A DNA stretch of 51,300 nucleotides, the filler included, from Bipalium vagum (lineage: Eukaryota), in NCBI GenBank assembly GCA_037834085.1. It is 2 parts of 2 records of this genome, joined end to end, with 100 filler letters (N's around TTAATTAATTAA, not from the genome) between each part and the next. Parts side by side here need not be neighbours in the genome. Positions count along the whole stretch, not along the records: positions 19,992 to 51,300 come from JBBMKC010253503.1; 1 more part is not named here. One strand, 5' to 3'. Both the position numbers and the translations under genes were made by a program. The notes under the pieces were generated by a model. That model was given only the letters and a program-made list of their open reading frames with translations, ran no database searches and was not told where the DNA came from. Shown here piece by piece: positions 27,130 through 40,811 of the stretch (within the stretch, counting starts at the first letter, position 1; every line of letters starts with the position of its first letter).

Positions 27130-28049
27130 TTCGTGGATGTTGTAAAAAATACAAGATTAGTTTCATGTTATTAATATTCTTGCCTTTTATTATGTTTTCG
27201 GCTTTTTCCGCTTAGTAAGTCATCTTTTTTCATTATTTTCAAAAATCTGATTGCATTTCAAATCTTCGGTTTTCTTAACTCAATGTTATTTTTCCAGTTT
27301 TCAAGAGTAAATTCGAAATTTATTTATTTTTTGTTTATAATTGTTAAAAATTATTGGAAGAATTTCTTCACAATATTTTATTTTATAATTTCAAACCGGG
27401 ACATCATGTAATTAGAGCATGTTAAAATGAAATAACCGAGAGAATGGTTTTAAGAATTTCCATCGGTTTATGAAGGTGTAAGGAGAGCAGCATAGAGGCT
27501 TAGCCTGTAGGCTAAGTTGCGCTTATAACAAGGACTTAAGAACCATAGTTGAAAATGAATATAAACTAAGCTGCCAAAACTAGAAAAAAAATCTTAATGA
27601 TAACATCTTTGGCATTAATAAGAGAGATTATCCCACTTTCATCGAATTCTACACACCTTTATCTGTAAAATCTGTAAGAAGACAATTATTATTCTTTTCA
27701 AAAAAATAATTTTTTTCATGTTATTAAAAAGACTTAACTGATAAATGATAATTAATACTTTTTCTCAGTACGATACCATAACCTTAGTCACAAAACGAAA
27801 AATATGTTTTATAATTTATATTTTATTTTCATTTTAATTAAATTAATTAAAATTTGGTTTGATTTTTTAATTAGTCTTTTCTTTCCATCTTCATATTAAT
27901 TAGTGCGGCAATCTTAAATTTTACTTGTCATATCATTAAACATTATATTCAAATAAAATTTATTAAGAAAAATAATAATAAATTATTAATAAAAACCACG
28001 AATAAAATTAGTTATTCATATTTATATTATTAACCTTTATATTATAATA

Positions 28050-28150
28050 TGGTGGAATCTCTATATAACGATATCTCTATGTAACGACATCGTCTATATA
28101 ACGACATTTTGGCCGTTCCCGAGGAGTGTCGTTATAAAGAGGTTTAACTG
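28050..28150. mobile_element. pogo/Tigger-like MITE (~100 bp)
   Basis: Right end gtcgttataaagaggtttaactg|TA, inverted to the left end. Three internal tctatrtaacga repeats. Confidence 0.75.
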
Positions 28151-28213
28151 TATTTATATTATTATTATTTTATATTCTTCATTAATATTTATGTTAATTT
28201 ATAAATAAATGTA

Positions 28214-29647
28214 AAGTAGAACCAAAATGTAAGAGATCCGGTTGTAAGAGAAAACCGAAAGTCCTTCTTCACGTACATCTACTTAACTAATGAAATGACC
28301 AGGATATCAGAGACGCGGATGTAATTGAAACATGTATGTAATGGACAATAAAAAATCAAAAATTACAAGTAAACCCCTCATGTAAGAGATTTTTATATAC
28401 TGCGTAATCAAAAGTAAAACAAAAAAAAATAGAAAATTGTTTTTGTAAACCAGGCTTCCAATATAAAAGAGACAAAAATAATAATGACACAAACTTATAC
28501 AGAGTGGCCAAAAAATTCTTGCGATTTTGTTTTCATTGATTCTCAAATTGATTTTTCATTTTTTGTTTAATCTGTTTAAAATTTTGAATTCTTTGAAAAA
28601 CGTTTATTTGAAAAAACTTTGCTTTTATATAAACTAGTTATGAATCGTGAACACAAACACATAGCCATCTGTGAGTTGCACAAGGCTGGAATGAAGACTG
28701 CTGACATAGTTCGCACAACTGTATTCAAACAAAGAGATGCGATCAATGTTGCTAAACGATTCAAAGACGATTTTGTAGACAGACCTAAAAGTGGTCAACC
28801 AGTAACAGCAACAACAATACAGAACGTTCAAAAGATTCGTTGTCGAATTGTTAAAACCCGGTATGCTCAATACACCAAATGACAAAGGAACAAGAGAACA
28901 CCAAAAGGAGTGCCCATAACATTGTTATTAAGAAGCTTTGACTTCGTTTTTACAAAATCAATGGTGGTCACTTTCTTATTGATGCAATGAAACAAAAAAG
29001 AAAATAAAAATCATATTAAACTCTTCGACTGATTGGCAGTGCTTGTCTGGAAAAGGTTCTTTTCGCTGATGAGATGATCTTTACAATTGATCAGTTTCAC
29101 AATCACCGACAGCTACTCAAGAAAGGTCAGAAGACGTTTGTCTTTGCCAAAATTGCCAGTCATTCAAAATTTACCTCCTCTGTGATGGTTTGAGCTGGTA
29201 TTTGCTCAACTGGTAAGACACAAGTTGTGTTCATCAAGAAAAATATCAAAATCAACTCTGCCAACTAACTGCAGATGATTCTTCAAGACATTTTGAAACA
29301 ATGGGCATTAGAGCACTTTGGTACAAATGGATTTATGCTTCAGCAAGACTGGATGACCGTACGTTCTGCAAAATTAACAATTGATGTCTGTCAAATGTTG
29401 TTACTTTGATTTTGGGGCAGATTTTTGGAAAACAAATTAACCAGATCTCAACCCAATTTTTCTATTTGGTCAATCTTGAGCGAAAGGAATAATATATTAT
29501 TCAGAAGCTGAATAATTATTGTAACTTTTTATTAGTTTCTATTGTTGCATAAAATTATCGTTAGCAAATTTTTTCATAACTTCCTGAATCCACATATAAG
29601 AGAAAAAATTTTAATCCCTTGAGTTCTCTTACATCCGGGTTCTACTG
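28214..29647. mobile_element. pogo/Tigger-like non-autonomous element hosting a maT insertion
   Basis: TIRs TA|aagtagaaccaaaatgtaagaga and tctcttacatccgggttctactg|TA, with a repeated tgtaagaga motif. Confidence 0.65.
28498..29485 (+). mobile_element. maT (DD37D-like) Tc1/mariner transposon, 3'-truncated
   Basis: TA|cagagtggcc TIR. MNREHKHIAICELHKAG...RPKSGQP, VLFADE.IFTI, SVMV*AGICSTGKT, FMLQQDW and PDLNP. Confidence 0.85.
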
Positions 29648-29651
29648 TATA

Positions 29652-30120
29652 CAGAGATATCAATGGCGAGTCATGCCAGTATGTCTTATGACACAATGCT
29701 GGATTATTCAACACTGCTAATTAGAAGATTTATCTCCTCTTGAGGTATATTGTTCCACATTTGTTGAAGCTCATTTTTTATTCATCAAATTTTAAGGAAA
29801 ACCAAGAAAAGACCGTGGCTGACGATTCATTCGTGTTTAATAGAGTATAAATCTGGTAAACATGAGACCATTTTATTTTATTCCTTTTATGATTCTTGTA
29901 AAAACTGTGCTATTATACTGGCGGTAAGTGATCTTGAATTGTCTTGTTGAAAACTACTTCCTGGAAATGTTTCCATTAATGAAAATAGAATTTCTTCGAT
30001 TTATCAAAGATCATTCAAATTACCTCTGATAAATACAAATGTTAACAGTTATCCAAAGCATATTGCATCCCACATCATAATTTTTCATGTTTTTCATTCA
30101 CTTGGCGTTGTATGTGAGTA
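29652..30120 (-). mobile_element. Tc1 (DD34E-like) remnant
   Basis: IMMWDAI...FIRGNLN...FQQDNSRSLTA...PDLYSIKH; TA|cag end at 29652. Confidence 0.75.
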
Positions 30121-31171
30121 GTTCAAAAAGTTCACGAAATGAAGCTTAAAGAAAAGTTTTATAACTAAGACATATTTTAGTAAAACTACATTATTACTAT
30201 TCGTAAATTTCAAATATCAACTCAACTGGTAAAGTATTTGCTTTTCTACATACATTAATTTAAATTAACTAGTTTTGACTATTTTAGAAAATGGTTTGTT
30301 TGTTTTTCTTTTCCGCTTTGCAAGCTTTTCAAACCACCCTCTTATTTCTAAAGTTTAAAAAATTATTAAAATTAACGGACATTGAATATGAATGCTATAG
30401 TTTTGTAGAGCAGAAAAAGAGGAATCGAAAAATATAAAAATAGTTCAGCCAAGCAAAACAGAACTTGGAATCAGGGATTTTGTTACAATCCAATAATAAA
30501 TGCTTGAATAAAACAAATTACAATTTCATTTTTAAAATTGGCCAAAATATTATATATTATATTATATTAAGCGTCAATCCAATACTTTTGATTGAAGTTA
30601 TTAACGTGAAATAACTTCTGACTTTTTGTTACATCTAGGATCAATTAATAAAACATTATTTCATTCATTTGATTAAGCGGAATCACGATGGTAAAATCAA
30701 AAATTAATTGATGTTATTATTTAATCTGATTTCGTTATAACATATTTAGTTGTACTATACGACAGGTTCAGAAAAGAGAATTTCTTGTAGGTAATATTTT
30801 ACAGACTGAGTAAAATCATATATCACAAAATTATATAAAAAAATTATTACTACAACAAGATGATTATATGTAGCCAGGTTTTTATGAGGACTATGTACTT
30901 ATGAAATAAAAATCATAAAAAGAAGTCTTTAACTCCAGTGTCAACAAGAGAGGATGAAGAACATTTTTAGTTTCAATATAAGGTTGAATGATCTTGGAAA
31001 TTTATAAATGACAAATATTTCATCTTTAATTTATTATACTTTATATATTTATTATTATATTATATATTGTAATAATCAAATTTTTTAAATTAATATTTAA
31101 TTATAGATTAATTGATTTTATTGACTTCATATAATCATTAAACAAATAATTTATAATAACTGAAAAATGAC

Positions 31172-31461
31172 CTGTGACATTATTAAAACTGGATTTCCAT
31201 GATCTTGTACAGTTATTCTAATTCTGTACACCCCGATATCTGATTTTGTCAAGGTTTGATCCAAAGTTATGTCACCAGTATTTGGAGATATTTTAAACAG
31301 CTTAGGGATCCCTAAAGGTATATCAATTGAATAGGTTAATTTTGCATTATCTCCTAAATCATCATCCTTAGCTTCTACTGTAACAAGTTTATATCCAATT
31401 GTTTCATATATTGATACAATAATTGGAATATGAGGAGCAAAGGTCGGTCCAACAATGTTAT
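31172..31461 (-). CDS. Protocadherin exon E (last cadherin repeat, probable EC7)
   Basis: tttcag|AT and CAG|gtcatt, 290 nt, phase 1/0. ...VTVEAKDDDLGDNAKLTYSI...LFKISPNTGDITL...GVYRIRITVQDHGNP. It lacks DRE, as terminal ECs usually do. Confidence 0.9.
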
Positions 31462-32134
31462 CTGAAATTTAAAATGTATGTAATTAAGCAATATTCTGTC
31501 GTAAAATATTTTAATTCTAGTCGAAATTCTTATCCAAAAGTAAAAACTATAAAGAAGTATATTAGTTACTAGCATCTATGAGTATGTTAAATATGTCACT
31601 ATAGATTTTAACATTAATTTATCAAATTTTATAATACATTAATCAATACATAAAAAAATTAATTAAATTATACAGTACATGAAATTACATTCTATAAAAT
31701 TCTATGTAAATGCTATAATACTTAACCCATAATATTAAAAATTACTTGTAATTAAATTTTTAGTTATTTTTAAAATTTAAAAATTAATAAACCACTACAT
31801 TATAAATATAAATTATGGTTTTAAAATCAAAACACCTATGGTCATATTAGCCTCGTTATATTAATATTTCCAAATAATGAAATGTATATATAAATATTTT
31901 TAAAACTAATTTTATTTTGTTTTAATTTTTAATACTAAGTTCAAATAGAAAGATTGAAATATAAATTTTTTAAAAATTATATGCGTATATTAACATTTTA
32001 TTCTTTAAAACCAATGACAAATATACAATAGAAAGTGATTATTTTTATTTATAAATTTGGACAAATTTATTTATCGAATTTCCGAAGTGCATCAATATTA
32101 AAGTAATTATTTATTCAAAAAATATAGTTCTTAC

Positions 32135-32276
32135 CTGCTGGTAAAAGACCTTTAGGGTTTTTAATGACTGGCTCATTGTCATTTTCATCCAGAATTCTCA
32201 CACATATAGTTCCCGTAGTTTGATGTTGCTTCTCATAACCATGATCTTGTAAACGAATAGCCATGCAATAACGATC
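32135..32276 (-). CDS. Protocadherin exon D (end of EC6)
   Basis: ttag|GAT and G|gtaaga, 142 nt, phase 0/1. DRYCMAIRLQDHGYEKQHQTTGTICVRILDENDNEPVIKNPKGLLPA. Confidence 0.92.
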
Positions 32277-32944
32277 CTAAGTAAAATCAAAATTTGATTG
32301 AAGTCATATTACAAGCAAAAGATGTTTAATTTTATTTTTAAAATTAATAGTAATTGTAAATAAGAAAAAAATCGACAATTGTCAAACTTAAAAAATTCTG
32401 CCAATTCCTTTTCAGATGAACTGAAAAAGAAATAGAACAGAAAACTATGAAATAAACTTATAAAAAAATAGTTAAAAAAGTATCTTGTAATATATACATT
32501 TAAAGGGTTTATGGCAGTAGTTGCTAGCATAAAAGGCAGAAAGGTAAACGTTTATCATGGTTGGCTGTATAAAGCCCCATTTTAAGTATTTCTCTGAATA
32601 TTGACGAACTTAATTCTTCCTCGCAATAATTATACGTATAAATGTTAGACACTGGATTCATTTTAAATGAAATAAACATAAAAATACAAATGGAAATTGA
32701 ATAATAGACCGTTGTTTAGGAGGTGTGAAACAATTATTGTAGATACTTAGAATATAAAATCAGGTTTTAATTTACACTAGTAACCAATGAATACCACAAA
32801 TTTTAAACTATTAAAAAATCGGCAGAAATGTAGTTTGACGCATTTAAACAAAACAGCATAGATTGATTAGCTATTGCTTCACAGAGTATAAAACCATAGA
32901 TTAGGTAGAAATGATTTTGCATTATAATTACAATATATTACATG

Positions 32945-33375
32945 TACAGTGCGCATAAAAAGTCTGTTCACCCCCTATCAGAAATACTAATTTTGATATA
33001 TATTTCAATATAATTATAAATAGTTGTTTAAATATTAACTTTTTGTAAAGATATTTAAATAATGTAATCAAAAATAACATATTTTTAAATTATATTTGTC
33101 AAAAATGTATAAATTTATTGTTTTAGATAAATAAAATATCTAGAAATTTAACAGAATTACAAAGATGTTGCATTTTTGCATTACGGAATAATGGAAATTC
33201 TTGGATTGAAATATGTCAACAAATCTTGGAAAAGTACAAGACGGTGACAAAAGCCGCACGCAATATATTTGGAAGAAATATCTCGAAACAGGTTCGGTGA
33301 TTGATAGGATGAGAAAAGGCAGACCAACTATTGTTTCACCACAAGCTTCACGAGCTATAAGACGCATCTGTAAAT
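32945..33375 (+). mobile_element. Tc1 5' fragment
   Basis: TA|cagtgcgcataaaaagtc TIR and IWKKYLETGSVIDRMRKGRPT. Confidence 0.8.
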
Positions 33376-33952
33376 TTAATAACTAATTCTGAAATAGCCC
33401 CTTCAAACAAAATATATCCTTTTGTTCTCATAAAAAAATGAAATTGCCCCCTTGTGGGACATACGTCTTGAGAACCATTGGTTTTTGGGATTTTTTGTCG
33501 ATTTTTTTAAAAAATAAGTTTTCTGATAAAACTATAGAAGATTATTAAAGAAATATTTCTGTATTTTCAAAAAGAATAAATTTTATGAAACCAACAAAAA
33601 TGAATTTCTTTCACATGACTTATCACCTCGTGACTTCCTTTGGTTCATTAATATTTATTTCCTTAATCGATTAATTCCGTTAACTATAACAATAATAATT
33701 CCGTAATATATGGTACATTGAAAAGAGTGATTTGGCGAGTGATAACTTGAATATTGTGGAATGAACTGCTAAATGATAATTGATTCTTGTGAACACTGTT
33801 TTTATTAATAATAAAGTGTGTTGTAATTGTGATTAAAAAATATTTTATATATTATTACATTTAAAGTTACACTAACTATCAGCGAAAAGTTTGATTTGAG
33901 TTCGTTTAATATTGTTAATTTTGATTCAAGTTTTTTGACATAATCTTTATCA

Positions 33953-34292
33953 AATTCTACAGATCTGCTAAAAGTAAATCAGTTTGACTCAAATTTCGGT
34001 TTAAAATTTTAAAACCCATTGTTGATATTTGATTAATCATTCTACACCTACAATCTTCACATTTGAAAAATTTAATTTTAAGGTCCTATAAAGCTGAGAT
34101 GTACGCATATGATCTTGTGTAAAATGTTGAGTATATAAAGAAGTATTAGATAATTTCAAAAAAATCTCTTCTAGTAGGTGAAGAACGATAAATTAAATAT
34201 AAACAACGGGTTTAAAAATGTTAAACCAGAATTTGAGTTTAAAACTGATTTCCTTTAAGCAGATCTGTAGAATTAAATTTTTCAAATGTGAA
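33953..34292. repeat. Diverged ~100-bp inverted repeat
   Basis: 33953-34051 aligns by eye with the reverse complement of 34174-34274. Confidence 0.85.
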
Positions 34293-35066
34293 AAATTATG
34301 AGATTTGAAAATTATATTTATTAAAAAAGTTCAATAATGATTTAAATTATAAATGACTGATTATTTCGCTTATTATTTTATTTATTATTTTTTTTTAAAA
34401 ACCGGTATTTATAAAGATTAAAATATTATAAAAAAGAATTTCTATTAAATAACGTACATAATTTTATTAATTTAATTGTGGATTTTCATCAAAATCTCTG
34501 AAAAGTATTTTTAATAAATTTTAATTTAATTTGACTCCAGATTATCTAAAGCAATTTCTATTTTTATTTTTATTTTAAAAAATTGTTTAAAAATTATTTA
34601 AAACTTTCTAAAATATTTCCCATCCATTTCTGACTGATAATCGAATGTATATTTTACTGTTGGTATTTTTAAATTCTTCAAAAAATTTCTAGTAAAAAAT
34701 AGAATAAATCTAAATCAAATATTTATGAAGTTTTCTAGAAAATTTTTTAAAAATATTAATTTAGTGTTGAAAACGTGGATAAACAGATTAAAGTAACATA
34801 AAAAATTAAGAGTATATTCTGTTCATTCATTCGTACAATTTCCTCAGAAATGTATCTCAAATAAGATCCAAGTTTTAATCTTTAATTTTAATAAAAAAGT
34901 ATATAGTTTTCTTAAAAATTTTTAAAAAATTAGTTTTATCTTGTAAAAATAGATTTTTGATTATTTTTGATTGTTAAATATTAATAAAAAATTGATAAAT
35001 AAGATAAAAATCATTAATGATTAAAGATATACAAAAATGAATTCTTAAATAGTATTATTGAGTATA

Positions 35067-36232
35067 TTAGGTGTACCCGTAAAAATTCTGTTTTTTGTCA
35101 AATAAAGCACAAAAATTTCAAGATACATTGCAATATTTCATTAAAATAAATGTCCATTATTAACTACACATCTTTATCTTTCAGGTAACTTGTGAATGTC
35201 ATTCCATAAAACTTTTCTTTTTTCGATGCCAACCATTCAGAGATCCAATTCTGGACATCTTCGTAAGTCTTGAAGTCTTGCTTAGCAAATTCATGTGCCA
35301 TCGGCCGGAACAAATAGAAATCTGAAGAAGCAATATCTGGTATGCCCGTAGGTGCGTACTTCCCAGATTAGATCTTTTAACATGCTTTCAACTAATTCTG
35401 ACGTTTGTGACGATGCATTGTTATAGAGTAAAAATATTTACCACTTCTTTGGCACATTTTAGACTTTTGGTTATCAAACATTTGTCCAACTCAATTATTT
35501 GTTCTTGATAATGTTCAGAATTAATTGTCTCACCCGAATTTAGAAGATCATAGTGTACAACAGCCTGTTGATCCTACGAAACGCAGAAAATTTCTTTCTT
35601 TCTAAAAAGAGTTTTCTTTGCAGTCTGCTTTGAGTCTTGATTGGGATTAACCAATTATTTAGGATTCTCATAATAAATCTACCTTTTATCTCCTGTCACA
35701 ATTTTATGTAAAAAAGATTTTCGTTCGTATCGTTCCAGAGACTACACATATTACTACCTTTAAAATCATGTCCACTGCATTTAAGTTATAAGAAACAGTT
35801 TATTGAGCAACATTTAGTTGCATGGTAAATGATTTTGCATTTGACCTTTATCTTCATCCAATAGAGTCTTCAAGTGCAGAAATACAATTTGGGTGTTCAT
35901 TGTCTTTCACACAAAATCATTATTTTTGAAGCCTTTAAGCAAACGCTTAAAGGCAGTCTGAAATGATGCCTGTTCCCCACAGACATAACTAAGTATGTGG
36001 TGAGTTTCAGAAGAAGTTTTTTCCACAATAAAATAGTAGATAATAACTCCCCACAAATGCTGTTTTCCATGAATAAATTTTGTCATGCCTAAATCTAAAA
36101 ATATTTAACTGATTATCCGAGCAAACAATGTGTATAAAAACAAAATACAAACTATAATCAATATGATTTATTTTATCTTATATCCTAAAAAATTAGATTT
36201 AAAAAAATCCGTATTTTTACTGGTACACCTAT
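35067..36232 (-). mobile_element. Near full-length decayed mariner (mauritiana/Mos1-like)
   Basis: ITRs ttaggtgtacccgtaaaaat / atttttactggtacaccta. MTKFIHGKQHL...ETHHIL...FKNNDF, IVTGDK, PDIASSDFYLFRPMAH. Confidence 0.9.
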
Positions 36233-36442
36233 TCTATCAACATCACTACTACAACTACTACACTGTCGTTCAACCTCTATTATTTTCAGTCCCATAACCA
36301 AAGGATAAAAAAATAGTAATAGCAATAATAAAAACAATAATGAATAATAATTTTGCAAATAAATAATAATAATAGTAAAAATAATAATAGTGAATAATGG
36401 TTTTGCAAATAAAAAATAATTATAATCGTAAAGCTTAATTAC

Positions 36443-36742
36443 TTTAGTTTCTCTATCAAAAACAGAGTTATAGAAAATTGAACCGTTCGGATTCAAAACA
36501 AAATTGTTGTCATAAGGCCATATTTTAGAAAATGTAACTCTTCCATTTTCATCTTCATCCTTATCCTCATAATTCAGTATACCCAACAGTTCTGGCTTGC
36601 TAATTCTTTGGTTTTCTTTGAGATTGAATTCCGTTGGATGGATCATTTCTGGTGCGTTATCATTAATATCTAATATTGTGATATTTACCAATGCTGTTGA
36701 TGATAAAGACTTTTCTCCTCTATCTCTCGCTAATACATTAAC
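36443..36742 (-). CDS. Protocadherin exon C (end of EC5, first half of EC6)
   Basis: ttatag|GTT and AAA|gtaatt, 300 nt, phase 0/0. VNVLARDRGEKSLSSTALVNITILDINDNAPEM...EDKDEDENGRVTF...FDRETK. Confidence 0.93.
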
Positions 36743-39700
36743 CTATAAAAAATTTACTTTATTTAATGGTTACTTTTTCATAAGAAATTAAGAATACTCA
36801 ATAATCAACTTCAGTTTTCGTGACAAGTAACTTGAGATTTTTATTTTATAAATTAAAAAAAATATTATTAAATTAAATTGAAAAATATTAATTTATAAAA
36901 CAACAGATTAATTTGATTAACATATTTTTTTGTTTAAATGATTTTTAATATTTAAAATAATAAATGGTAGGCTTAACTTATTATAAAAAATTATCAAGTG
37001 TTTCCAATAGTTGTGAAGCCTCTTTCGAAATATTGATCCATTTTAAGTTATAATTAATTATTGTGAATAAATAAATAAATAATAAAATACTATTTATAAA
37101 TAAAGGTATAATACACAAGTTTAACTTTCATAATGTATTTAATAAAATAAAAATTTAATATAAAAATTAAGTAAAATATAAGAAATATTTAAATTCAACA
37201 GCATAACATCTGCCTTTATTTGTGTTGCTGTGTTTTAATTATTCAATTTTATTAAAATATATGCATTTATACTCACTTTTAAACTTTTCTTCTTAATTTT
37301 GGAATTGGATGAAGTAAGTTATCAAACTTATTTTGTATTGAAAAACAAGATACACATGTTGCTAATTGTGAAGACTATCAACCATATAAACCCAATCAAC
37401 CACTATAGTAGCAAAAGGAAATAAACCAAAAACAAAGATAAACAAAGTCAAGTAAAAGAAAATCCAATATACAGTAATTTATATAAATTATGTATTGTTT
37501 CATTTATTTGTATACTTGTAGACTTCCAAATTCAAATATATATTAATGGTAATAAAAATAATAATTACATCTGGTGACAACACAAGTAATAATGTGACAG
37601 TAATAATAAAAACGATAACAATTCATTGTAGGAATGATAATGTTACTATTTTAATGAAATACAAAATTTGTTAAACATTCAGATCAAAAATTAGTGACTT
37701 TTGTTACTAAATTATTTAGACGCATAACAAACCTCCTGAAAATAGGGCAAAATGCTATAAGAAACAAAAATGTATATTGAAAGAAAGAGAATTTAATCGA
37801 CAAAAATTTGTTAGAAGTCAGTTGAAAAAAAAGCACAAATCAATATCTCGGTATAAAGAAAAAAAGGAAGTAAGAATTACCAATCAAAAGTTTATGGGAG
37901 CAAAGCATAGCCAATCAAAAATTATTAAAAGTGGATTTCATTTGCATTTATGGAGTTATCGGTTTTGCAAATATTAAGTAAATCACCATCATAAATCGTT
38001 AAACTAATTTATCGGGGGTTTTTTAAATAGTAAATTAAAAATATAAAATTTCAAAGAAATTAATTTATTATCGTAAACTATTCAGCTTACAAGGATTTTA
38101 ATAATAATTATTATTATAATAAATAATTTAAATTAGACTTGATTCAAGAGATATTTAATTCAACACTATTAGGTAAAAATTCTTAGCTTACCTAAGAGAT
38201 AATCTAGACTGCATCAGTAGATAAGATTCTAAACTGTAATTACATATCATAATAAAATCGAATTCAGAAGCTATTTAATCTATTGTAACAATATTTCATT
38301 ATCTTCCTCGTTTCTGTGATTATAAATATACATTGATAAATAGTGATCTTTTCTCTCACTTTATATAATTTCTATTGAAGATATTGTGTTGGTTGGTGAA
38401 AGGTTAGTGGAAGTACAATGACTCATTTTCATTAACTCAACAAAAATCACATTAAAACAAAGATTAAGTAAAAAATCAATGTAGAAAATTTAAACAGAAA
38501 AATCCCCCATTTATTTCTAAAACTATATTTATAAATTTTCTAATTCATTCGTTATTAAAACAAAAACTAATTAAATCATCATCAGAAAAGTTTAATAAAT
38601 GAAAAGTGTAAGTCTCAGTTTCAATAATTAATAAAATTGTTATAAGCCTCATTTTTATGTAAAAATTCAAATAAAATAATAAAATTATCGACGGAGTAAA
38701 TGTCTATTTTGGGGATTGGATAAATCTTTTTTAAAAATGGATTAAAAACGAAAGAAAAGTTGGATAAAAGGTCTATAGAGTTTGTTTAAATTATTTATTG
38801 TTTAATTTTCTAAAGGATTTTTGATCCGCTCTCCTACATTTGAAGAAATTTTTATTAAATTTATAGATTAAAAAAATCATTATGTTTCATTAATGAATTA
38901 AAAATCAAATAACAATCGACAATAACAAATTTTATTGAACTTTCATTAATTCTTAAAAATATTTTTGTTATTTTTTGAAATTTAACTAATTAATATTAAT
39001 TACTATTTTTAAGAATTAATTATTAATATTTTTAGTGAAAAGAAAAATTGAAGCAATAAAATTTTTCAAAATGGTACTTGAAAAACAAAATAATTTTAAC
39101 AATTTAATAAAATTAATTGATTTTATTTTTCTAAAATCAAAACTAATTCGAATGATAATAATAATTCAAAACATGTTTTTACTTGCAAAATATATCGATA
39201 ATTAAAAACAAATAAAAAAAGATTATTATTTTCTAATCTTTAAATAGGAATACACATTTTAAATTTCAATGAATAATTTTATTTAAAAGATGAAAGGTTC
39301 TTGTTCTTTAAATTTTTGCAAAACGAGAATGGAATATCTGACAATAATTAAGATTTTCTTTCAAGTCTTTGTCGTAAGTCCATAATAATTATAAAAAATG
39401 TTGTCTAGTAATTCAGAGAGGAGTTGTAGATATTTTTAATTGATTAATTGGTTTTGATAGAAATAAATCAATATAAAATTTTAATGATGTTTACTGTAAA
39501 ATTTAGAAGTCGAAACACAAGTTTTATACTTTTTTATTGTTAATTTAAATAAATTATAAATCCAAAATTATTTTTATTAATAACAATATACGAGTATCAT
39601 TGTAAAAAATAATAAATTAAAATATAATCATTTCAAATGTTTATAAATATATGAGGACAATAATAATTTAAACAAATGGAGATTTTATTAATAATACATA

Positions 39701-39888
39701 TAATTAAACTTTTCATTAATTTTCAATCTATTGTGAAATTAATAAATGTATATTATTTATTTTATGGATCTCAAGCTAATTACACATTTCGAAAATTGTA
39801 GCTTAACATATTCATTTCCGAAAATTTCAGATAAAATTATAAAATTTATTTCAAGGTATTTATATAATTTTAATTTATTTTATATTAT

Positions 39889-40493
39889 TATTGTGTCCCA
39901 CAAAAATGATCTGTTTTGATATATTCACATTAAAGCTAAATAATTTATTGTAATAAGAGTTAATAAACTATTGATTTATTATATGAAAATAAACACAAAT
40001 TTGTTAAAAAAACAGTATGATTTACTTTATAGATACTTGTTTTAATATTCATTTTAGCGCTGAATTCAAATGAATAAAAATTATAAAATTCGTGTAGGTT
40101 TGCTACATTATTGGAAAAGACAGATATCAGCCGATGAATCCACCAGGTTCATAGTAGAAGTTGAAAGCCCAGATGAGTTCAATGAAAGGACAATAAGGCG
40201 ATGAAAGGGTTCTGAAAGACCTTCGGTAGTCAAAGAGAATGATCTACTGGATTGTATGGATTTAGGTTCATCTAAATCAATTCGTGAATAGGCCATTCAA
40301 AATAAATAAATCATCGGCACCTTCGATGTCTTAACAAAAATACAAGGCTCCTATAGTGATCGCACGCAAACTGAGAGATTTGCAAGTTGATAAAGACTCA
40401 AATATGTAAAAAGTTGTTGGATAACCCATTAGACAATTTATTTTCCAAAGAATTTTTGCTATGCATCAAAAGTGGATTTTTACAAACAAAAAA
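39889..40493 (+). mobile_element. Internally deleted mariner-type element
   Basis: Inverted ends gtcccacaaaaatga / tcatttttaatgggac. Peptides ERPSVV...SIRE and ICKKLLDNP. Confidence 0.65.
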
Positions 40494-40667
40494 TGACAAT
40501 GGTAATAAAAAAAAAATTTGTATTGAATTAACTCATTTTTAATGGGACATGATAATATTAGATTAAATTTCAAAAGAAAAATATAATAAATGAATTTATA
40601 AAATGTTTTGAAAGTTACAAATAATAAAAAAATAGTTATTCCCACATTTCAAAGAGAAGATTCTTAC

Positions 40668-40811
40668 CAAATAATAACTTTTTAATTCACGGTCAAAAGC
40701 ATGCTTGGTTGATATCCAGCCAGAAATCGCATCGATTTTAAAGTCATCATTTTCTAACAATGAAAATACAATAGCTGCATTTTCTCCAGCATCTTTATCA
40801 ATGGCATTGAT
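40668..40811 (-). CDS. Protocadherin exon B (EC5)
   Basis: ttacag|ATC and TTG|gtaaga, 144 nt, phase 0/0. INAIDKDAGENAAIVFSLLENDDFKIDAISGWISTKHAFDRELKSYYL. Absent from the ORF track. Confidence 0.93.

Noticed and set aside
28057-28140. CRISPR-like short direct repeats
   Set aside because: There are no unique spacers or cas genes, and these are subterminal repeats of a pogo-like MITE in eukaryotic DNA.
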